IMG/VR virus record: IMGVR_UViG_3300023184_000085
Length of the DNA: 20,000 nucleotides
From: an uncultured virus (IMG/VR IMGVR_UViG_3300023184_000085)
Taxonomy: Duplodnaviria; Heunggongvirae; Uroviricota; Caudoviricetes
Reading direction: 5' to 3' (one strand)
Shown: positions 9,187 through 15,860 of the stretch, piece by piece
How the letters are laid out: every line of letters starts with the position of its first letter
Position numbering within the stretch: the stretch's first letter is position 1
Translations under genes and position numbers: made by a program
Notes under the pieces: generated by a model
Database searches by the model: none
What the model was told of the DNA's origin: nothing
The model's input: the letters and a program-made list of their open reading frames with translations, nothing else

Positions 9187-9987
9187 ATGAAAAACATTAT
9201 CAGTAATTTTAAAACATTTTTTGAATTTGCCAATTATGGTTTCGAAGTTCAGACTTCAAAAACTATAGGTGGAACCGTCATGCAAGATGGTGAAAAGCCT
9301 ATTAATTACATAGATTCTAATTTAATTGTGGATGAATTAGTTAGACATAAAATAAACGATGTCGAACCAGTAAATTTTTGGGAAAATGTTGTTCAATGGG
9401 GTTCTGATCCCGGAGCAATTAAATTAGAAATTACACCTCTTGGTTCATATAGAATTGTAATAAGAAAATTAATAAAAGATTTAGTCGGGAATAGCACTTG
9501 GATTACAAAGAATGTAATAGATCTTGATGATGCATATTCTGGTCACAGTGAAATAGCTTATGCCGAAGATTGTTTAGGTATAATTGAAAATCTCAATAAA
9601 GAAAATTTAGATCATGCATCTGCCAACTGCGAAAACTTTGATAAACTTGCTTGGAAGCTATGGAATAAATGTAAGGCTGTGTTTCCTTCTTATATAATGT
9701 TTCCAATAGGCATGAAAAAAATGAGTGAAAATTATTACAAGCTCATATATGAATTTAAAGGTGGTGGCGTAGAAGCTCCAACAAGATCGAGAGCAGAACA
9801 ATTCGATATTGATCTTCATTTCAATAAAACCACAGGAATTATAAAGGCATGGGGATACGATATTGATTCAGATACCAGACAACATAGCTGGAAAATTCAA
9901 ATTTCAGATTTCAACGAATGGTTCGCTCCTTCGCAACCAATGGATGAAATAATAGCTGTAATAAATAATTCGTTTATGACATATTAG
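9187..9987 (+). CDS. Hypothetical protein (266 aa) with N-terminus MKNIISNFKTFFE
   Basis: Long ORF. The ATG at 9187 lies behind TATATA (9173-9178) and is preferred over the TTG at 9142, which overlaps the divergent gene. Confidence 0.8.
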   Translation: MKNIISNFKTFFEFANYGFEVQTSKTIGGTVMQDGEKPINYIDSNLIVDELVRHKINDVEPVNFWENVVQWGSDPGAIKLEITPLGSYRIVIRKLIKDLVGNSTWITKNVIDLDDAYSGHSEIAYAEDCLGIIENLNKENLDHASANCENFDKLAWKLWNKCKAVFPSYIMFPIGMKKMSENYYKLIYEFKGGGVEAPTRSRAEQFDIDLHFNKTTGIIKAWGYDIDSDTRQHSWKIQISDFNEWFAPSQPMDEIIAVINNSFMTY

Positions 9988-9994
9988 GATTTTC

Positions 9995-10483
9995 ATGAAA
10001 AAAAAATACATAAATTATTCTTTAAGTCTTACATTTTTAATGTGCATGTTTATATTTGTTTCTTTGACGAAAATAGATCATGCTGGGCCTCAAAATCACA
10101 TCAGTCAAGATAAATTAACAAATAATGATTATGCACAAAACGAAGAATCGGATAGTTATCAAAAAATTATCCAGAAATCAAAAATAGAAAACAAAAAAAT
10201 AATATTATTTTTTATAGATTCTACATGTGATTGGTCTGACAAATTTTTTGAAACTTTAAAAGACTCGGATGTAAACAGTTATATTTCAGACAATAATTAT
10301 ATTAAATATTATGTTGATGTCGAAAAGAACAAAAATGTATTTTTGAAATACAAAGTCGAATCTACTCCTTGGTATATTGTTGTTGATGAAAACGAAAAAA
10401 TAATTAAGATTGGATCTGGTTACAAACAAAAAAGAGAATTTTTAATTTGGCTAAAAAACATCATTAGAAATAATTCTAAATAA
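9995..10483 (+). CDS. Thioredoxin-fold protein with N-terminal signal/TM segment and CxxS motif
   Basis: Hydrophobic N-terminus, KKIILFFIDSTCDWS, YYVDVE, KYKVESTP (cis-Pro loop) and GY...EF..WL. Confidence 0.75.
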   Translation: MKKKYINYSLSLTFLMCMFIFVSLTKIDHAGPQNHISQDKLTNNDYAQNEESDSYQKIIQKSKIENKKIILFFIDSTCDWSDKFFETLKDSDVNSYISDNNYIKYYVDVEKNKNVFLKYKVESTPWYIVVDENEKIIKIGSGYKQKREFLIWLKNIIRNNSK

Positions 10484-11318
10484 ACTTTCCAAATTTAACT
10501 TTATTGTATTCATCGAAAAATCTTTTTTTAATCACTTCGTTTTTTAGATCATTTGCTGTTTTTACATACAATTTCGCTTCTCTATACCTCTCGTTAACTT
10601 CTATATTCCATTTGTTGCAATACTTCAGCATATTAGCCACACAATTTACTTCTTTTTCATCTTTGGTAAAGAAGCATTCTTTATAAAAAAATTGTTTTTC
10701 ATGATATAAATGTATTTCGTATTGATTGTGATATACAGTGTTACAACTTGAATCAATTAAAACTTTTTGTGTTATATCATTATCGTTAAAGGAATAGCCC
10801 AAGAAAGTTTCATCCATTCCGCCTAATTCTTTGTATTTTTTTTTATAGAACATAACATTACCAGAAAATAAATTTTTACAATTTATCTTGTTTTCTTTTG
10901 ATCTTTCTTCTTGTGTGTAATTAAACGAATTGTTTTCAATAGACTCGTCATCTTCTTCTTTTTCGCATTGTTGAATATATTCAACCGTGACGAAATCATT
11001 TTTACTTAAAGTAACCGCATTGTTGTAAAAATAATTATAAGGTAATATTCTATCGCTATCTAAAATTACAATTTTATCGTTAATTGAATGTTCAACACCT
11101 AAATTGCACATAAAAGGCTTGTTGTATATTTGTAAATTTAAATTGTATTTTTTAATATCAAAAACAGAAGATGTTATTTCTTTATTAAAAGAATCATGAA
11201 ATAAAATTACTAATTCAGAACCTTGTATTTTTATTTCTCTTTTTTCTAAAAGCCTTAACAATTGAAATAAATTTTTAATTCTTGATGAGTGCAAACAGAT
11301 AATAAAAGATATTTTCAT
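10476..11318 (-). CDS. GT-A fold glycosyltransferase (GT2/GT7C-like), paralog of 3168..4007
   Basis: MKISFII, NLGV..S, ILDSDRILP, SGN...LGGMDETFLGYSFND and HLYH. Confidence 0.8.
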   Translation of the reverse strand: MKISFIICLHSSRIKNLFQLLRLLEKREIKIQGSELVILFHDSFNKEITSSVFDIKKYNLNLQIYNKPFMCNLGVEHSINDKIVILDSDRILPYNYFYNNAVTLSKNDFVTVEYIQQCEKEEDDESIENNSFNYTQEERSKENKINCKNLFSGNVMFYKKKYKELGGMDETFLGYSFNDNDITQKVLIDSSCNTVYHNQYEIHLYHEKQFFYKECFFTKDEKEVNCVANMLKYCNKWNIEVNERYREAKLYVKTANDLKNEVIKKRFFDEYNKVKFGKFI

Positions 11319-12064
11319 TTTAATTCATTATAGAATAAAACTTCATATATTTTTTTAGTCTTATCGCTAATAGACACTTTGTATATGTTTAAATCTATGT
11401 TTATTTTATTTAAATCTATTAAGTCTTTGCATTTTTCAAAGTAATTTGAAAGAATTAGGTAGTATGGGCTTATTTTTTGTAAAACTACCCACATTTTAAA
11501 TTCATTATTTGATATTTTTTCTTTATACTCCTTGAACCCATAATCTTTTCCTAATTTTTTATTTAAAAATTCATATGTATTTTTTAATCCAAGAATTACT
11601 TTTTCTGTTGAAATAGAAATTGGAGCATTTACATTTTTGATTCCCGATTTCTTTTGTTTGACAAGAGCATCGTATCTGTATTTCCATAGTTTCCATCTTT
11701 TCCATGCTTTTTCGCCAGCCAAACAATTTATGTTTATAAGTGGCTTTTCGTTGTTGTCTATGTTTATTCTTTTTAAAATATCTAATTGAGCGAAAACATA
11801 AAGGTGGTATTCGTCTTCTGATAATTTATCTTTTGTTTCTCGTTGTAGCTTAAAACAATATTTGAAAACGAGAGACTTTCTAGGATCTCCTTTTAGTTTT
11901 CTTCCAGATGCCATATCAGGGAATAGCTTTCTTAAAGAATCGTGCCAACACAAAGTTATTTTGTAGGCTTTTTCTTCTTCTGCTGTCATTTTGTACTTTT
12001 GTATGGCCATTTCGAGCATTTTATTGAATTCGTGAGAAAAGAATGTATCTTTATTATTTAACAT
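11315..12064 (-). CDS. Hypothetical basic protein (249 aa)
   Basis: Long ORF with TAAATA 4 nt upstream of the ATG and a 4-nt overlap with the downstream GT. No family recognised. Confidence 0.8.
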   Translation of the reverse strand: MLNNKDTFFSHEFNKMLEMAIQKYKMTAEEEKAYKITLCWHDSLRKLFPDMASGRKLKGDPRKSLVFKYCFKLQRETKDKLSEDEYHLYVFAQLDILKRINIDNNEKPLININCLAGEKAWKRWKLWKYRYDALVKQKKSGIKNVNAPISISTEKVILGLKNTYEFLNKKLGKDYGFKEYKEKISNNEFKMWVVLQKISPYYLILSNYFEKCKDLIDLNKINIDLNIYKVSISDKTKKIYEVLFYNELK

Positions 12065-12068
12065 AAAC

Positions 12069-12165
12069 TATTTAACTCGCCACTCTAAAAAATTAACATT
12101 TTAATTAATATATAAATTATGACATCATTTACACAATTTTTAGAACAACGAGATCCAGAACTTTA
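12069..12165. repeat. 97-bp perfect direct repeat, copy 1 (divergent promoter pair plus the first ~15 codons of the 13050 gene)
   Basis: Identical to 13000-13096 by direct comparison. Confidence 0.95.
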
Positions 12166-12187
12166 CGATGAGCTTTTGAAATGTTAA
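12119..12187 (+). pseudogene. Truncated duplicate of the 13050 gene N-terminus (MTSFTQFLEQRDPELYDELLKC*), overlapping the start of the next gene
   Basis: First 16 residues identical to the 13050 product. Stop at 12185-12187 overlaps the ATG at 12181. Confidence 0.7.
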
Positions 12188-12918
12188 AAACTATTAAATG
12201 TGGCTTTATAACATATGCTGATAAAAATTTTTTAAAATCTAAAACAAGAATTTTAGAAGAAGCAAAAAAATTTAGAGAATTTTATAAAATAAAAAGTTTT
12301 GACGTTGAAGATCTGGATGTACATTTTAAAAAAAAATTTAAAAAAATATTAAGTTTTCCAAGAATTGCTGGTTACGGAATATGGAGACCATACATAATTA
12401 AAAAATTTATAATTGATACAAATCCTGATTATTTAGTATATTTAGACGCAGGATCTACGATAAATATCGAAGGGAAAAAAAGATTTTTTGAATATATTAA
12501 AATTTTAAATAATACTGATTGTGGAATAATTTCTTTTGAATTAAAAGGACGATTGCACACAGAAAGATTTTGGACAAATAAAGAAATCTTTGAATATTTT
12601 AATTTATCTTTAGATGGCAAAATAGCATTATCAAATCAATATCTAGATGGTGTATTGATAATGAAAAATAATGTTAATTTAAATAAACTAATAGATCTTT
12701 GGCTTAAATCTGTATATGATAATCCTTATATGTTTACTGATATTTTTAACAATAATCAAAAAGTTTATTTTAAAGATAATCGACATGAACAAAGCGTATT
12801 TAGCATAATAAGAAAAATACATGGATCATTTGTAATCAAAAACGAATCAAATTTTGAATTTTTTGGTTGTGAAGAGTCTTTAAAATATCCTTTTTGGGCT
12901 ACTAGATATCGTGGTTAA
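12181..12918 (+). CDS. Putative GT-A glycosyltransferase-like protein
   Basis: GYGIWRPYII, LVYLDAG and RHEQSVFS motifs. Visibly more AT-rich than its neighbours. Confidence 0.6.
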   Translation: MLKTIKCGFITYADKNFLKSKTRILEEAKKFREFYKIKSFDVEDLDVHFKKKFKKILSFPRIAGYGIWRPYIIKKFIIDTNPDYLVYLDAGSTINIEGKKRFFEYIKILNNTDCGIISFELKGRLHTERFWTNKEIFEYFNLSLDGKIALSNQYLDGVLIMKNNVNLNKLIDLWLKSVYDNPYMFTDIFNNNQKVYFKDNRHEQSVFSIIRKIHGSFVIKNESNFEFFGCEESLKYPFWATRYRG

Positions 12919-12999
12919 ACACACAAGACAATTTACTTAAAACACAATCCAAAATTTTTATATTTATTTAATTAAATATTTGGCGTATATTTGTTCTAT

Positions 13000-13096
13000 T
13001 ATTTAACTCGCCACTCTAAAAAATTAACATTTTAATTAATATATAAATTATGACATCATTTACACAATTTTTAGAACAACGAGATCCAGAACTTTA
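13000..13096. repeat. 97-bp perfect direct repeat, copy 2
   Basis: Identical to 12069-12165 (offset 931 nt). Confidence 0.95.
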
Positions 13097-13910
13097 TAAT
13101 CAACTTATAAATGAAGGGATTTCTGATATTTGGCAAAATACCAAAAATTTCTTTGGTGAATTCTGGAATCGTTTAAAATCGCAAGGAAAAGAATTCCAAG
13201 AAGATGCTGTAAAAATCAAAAAAGCATACGATGAAGGAAAATTAAAACCAAAACAAATAGAAGAAATTAGTGTGGCTTCAAAAAAAGGAGATTGGTGGGG
13301 TGTGGCTAAAATTCTAGCTACTGCTGGAGTTATTGGTTTGTCGGCACTTACTGTTGGTGCTGGTCACGCTTATGCTCCTAATGATATTGGAACTGATTTT
13401 AAATTTTCTCCAGATAATGAAACTTTGATTCAAGGTGAAAAAGATGTACCTAACGACCCAAATGCTACATATGATGTTGCTGCGATCAACAAACTTACAA
13501 TGGACTCTCATAAAGATAAAGATGACTTCCAAACTTCTATAAGAAGTGCAAACCAAGATGATCCAGATGATTTTACAGCTGTACAAAGCAACATAGATCT
13601 TAAATCAAGTCACAGTGAATTAACATCAATGTTGCCAAAAGATATTAAAAATTACATGAAAGAAAAGGGAATCACAGATAATGTACTTACAAATATGGAA
13701 AAAACTGCTTTAAACAAAGATGTTAATTCATTGACGCAATATGATAAAAATACCCTTCGTGGAATAAACAATAAATTAAGTGCTTTTCATTATGTTACTT
13801 CCGACCAAGGAGGGAAACACTTAGCACATGGTTTCTTCGATGCAGAAGGTAAAGCAGGACATATTGATCAATCACCAGATGAAATTTATAATTTAAACAA
13901 AATCAAATAA
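13050..13910 (+). CDS. Hypothetical, probably virion-associated protein with capsid-targeting-like leader and an internal hydrophobic segment
   Basis: MTSFTQFLEQRDPELYNQLINEG leader, WWGVAKILATAGVIGLSALTVGAGHA segment, and TATATA 4 nt before the ATG. Confidence 0.8.
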   Translation: MTSFTQFLEQRDPELYNQLINEGISDIWQNTKNFFGEFWNRLKSQGKEFQEDAVKIKKAYDEGKLKPKQIEEISVASKKGDWWGVAKILATAGVIGLSALTVGAGHAYAPNDIGTDFKFSPDNETLIQGEKDVPNDPNATYDVAAINKLTMDSHKDKDDFQTSIRSANQDDPDDFTAVQSNIDLKSSHSELTSMLPKDIKNYMKEKGITDNVLTNMEKTALNKDVNSLTQYDKNTLRGINNKLSAFHYVTSDQGGKHLAHGFFDAEGKAGHIDQSPDEIYNLNKIK

Positions 13911-13919
13911 ACTATCTCG

Positions 13920-14540
13920 AACTCAATAATTTTTAAAATAAAATCACTCAAAGTTATTACATTAGGGTTGCAATAATTTTAATTAAAGCAACAATGTAAA
14001 TTAATACTTTGAAAACTTTGAATACTGAGATGAAGGCTCTAATCCTTCCATTATTTTATGATTGGCTGCGTTCCCTTGAGTAATTTAATGAAAAAACCTT
14101 GGAGCGTCTTACCCAGATGAAGTCTTAGTTGTTAAACACAATACTGTACGAGCAGTATTCTTCTCCAATGGTCAAGGTAGTCTAGGATAGGAAAAACCAC
14201 CCGAATCTTTAGTTAAACTTAATTAACCTTATGTTTTTCTAGAGCTATCTTAGATTAGGCGACCATAACAAACGCACCATAATGTTAGCGTAACTTTCGG
14301 TTGTTAACTTAAGTTACTAAAGTTTTTAAGTGAAACTATTGTTTCAAATATTAACTCTTAACTTAAGTAACATAATGCTAATGGAAGTAACAATTAAGGT
14401 ATTACTAATTACCTTAATTAAAAATCCATTTCCCCTTAAGTCGGGACCTCGGTACGTAAAAATAATACTATTTAACTAAAAGTAACTGTCTATTGTTTTT
14501 TATGTAAGTGTTTGTTAGATTTCATTTAACAAATATATTT
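13920..14540 (+). ncRNA. Candidate large structured ncRNA and/or replication-origin region
   Basis: No ORF of 60 aa or more. More than 15 nested helices found by eye, several completed by G-U pairs on the + strand (see findings). Ends are approximate. Confidence 0.65.
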
Positions 14541-14551
14541 AGGGAAAATCT

Positions 14552-15856
14552 ATGATTAAGTTCATTTCAGACATAGTTTCGATTAGCGGTACTTCGAGTA
14601 CTTTTTATATAAGTCTAGAAAATGATTCGATTGATTTTACAAACTCTGAAACAAGGCAAATTTTGCGTATTTGTTCTTCTGAGGGAGAATGTAGCATTCC
14701 GATAGAGATAAAGGAATTACCGCTGCTTATTGAGGTTCTAAAAGGCACTGTATTATCAAAGCAATCAAAGGTAGTTGCGTGGAACTGGAAAGACTTCGTT
14801 TCTTATGTTTCATTTCATTTTGGGAAGTTAGTTGAATTTCAAGCTGTAGTACTTGATTTAAAGATTATCGAATCGTATTTTTTCATCAAACAAGAAAAAC
14901 CAGTTAACTATTTGTCTGCTTTGATTCGTTTCAAGAAATTAAAGACAGATAAAGATTGGGAAAAGTTTTACAATATATATAATTCTGTTTATTTGCCTTT
15001 AATCACTTTAGTAATTCCTACGATGGAAAACACGCCTTTACTTGATTGCGAGCTTAAGGATAGGGTATATGCTCATTATTCCATAAACGGACAAGACAAT
15101 GGCAGAATGCTATGTTCTAACGCAAGGATCAAAGGCTACAACCCTCACACGCTATCAAAAGATCAAAAAGGTAAATATAAACCATGCGTTCCTTATAATG
15201 TATTTTTGAATTTTGATTTTAGAAGCATGGAAGTTGCGGTATTGGCTTATCTGGCTAATGACGAAAAGTTATTAGAATTGATTCAAGCACCAGATATTTA
15301 TTCAAGTATATTTGTGGCTATAACAAATAGCGTTGCAGATGACAATTCTAAGATTTTAGCGAAAAAAATATTTTTACCGACTATATATGGCATGTCGGCA
15401 CGGACTCTTGCTGAACAAGCGGATATCCAATTATCTCTTGCCGAACAAATTTGTAGCAATATAAATAAAATATTTTTTAAATCTGTAAATTATGTCAAAG
15501 GCTTCGTGTCTTTGGCTGAATCTCAAGGAACAATAAGTGATTATTTTGGCAAGAGAAGAACATTTACTGAAAATTTCTATAAGGCTCGCAATTTTTGTAT
15601 TCAATCACCTGCATCATTAATTTGTTTAGAAAAATTAGTTCAGTTATGGAAAAAAATACAGCATAAGACTAGAATTTGTTATCATGTACATGATGGTTAT
15701 TATGTATATGCACAAGATGATAATTGGAAAGAAGTGGCTATTGAAGCGAAAAAGGTTCTTGTTGGTGAATCACAAATATGTCCCGGCATGAGATTGAGAG
15801 TGGCTTGTCATGGGGGGACTAAATTAAATAACTTGAAGTCACTCGAAAAGCGATGA
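14552..15856 (+). CDS. polA: Short family A DNA polymerase-like protein with degenerate exonuclease domain and apparently no thumb
   Basis: NGRMLCS (motif 2), DFRSMEVAVLAYLAND (motif A), KILAKKIFLPTIYGMS (motif B), ARNFCIQSPAS (motif 6) and HVHDG (motif C). Confidence 0.88.
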   Translation: MIKFISDIVSISGTSSTFYISLENDSIDFTNSETRQILRICSSEGECSIPIEIKELPLLIEVLKGTVLSKQSKVVAWNWKDFVSYVSFHFGKLVEFQAVVLDLKIIESYFFIKQEKPVNYLSALIRFKKLKTDKDWEKFYNIYNSVYLPLITLVIPTMENTPLLDCELKDRVYAHYSINGQDNGRMLCSNARIKGYNPHTLSKDQKGKYKPCVPYNVFLNFDFRSMEVAVLAYLANDEKLLELIQAPDIYSSIFVAITNSVADDNSKILAKKIFLPTIYGMSARTLAEQADIQLSLAEQICSNINKIFFKSVNYVKGFVSLAESQGTISDYFGKRRTFTENFYKARNFCIQSPASLICLEKLVQLWKKIQHKTRICYHVHDGYYVYAQDDNWKEVAIEAKKVLVGESQICPGMRLRVACHGGTKLNNLKSLEKR

Positions 15857-15860
15857 GTAA

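Noticed and set aside
11315..12064. gp59-like helicase loader
   Set aside because: Size and basic character fit, but I recognise no diagnostic motif. Left as hypothetical.
12170..12187. Programmed -1 frameshift fusing the duplicated leader to the GT-like gene
   Set aside because: The frames would allow it only within 12172-12184, and there is no canonical X XXY YYZ slippery site there. Translational coupling is simpler.
12069..13096. IS element or CRISPR array
   Set aside because: Only two long direct repeats. There are no terminal inverted repeats, transposase, regular spacers or cas genes.
13911..14551. Group I/II intron, tRNA, tmRNA or RNase P in the long intergenic region
   Set aside because: I could not find group I P7 (R/S) elements, a group II domain V, a T-loop/acceptor cloverleaf or RNase P P4 motifs. 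The flanking genes are unrelated, so they are not two exons. An Rfam scan is still needed.
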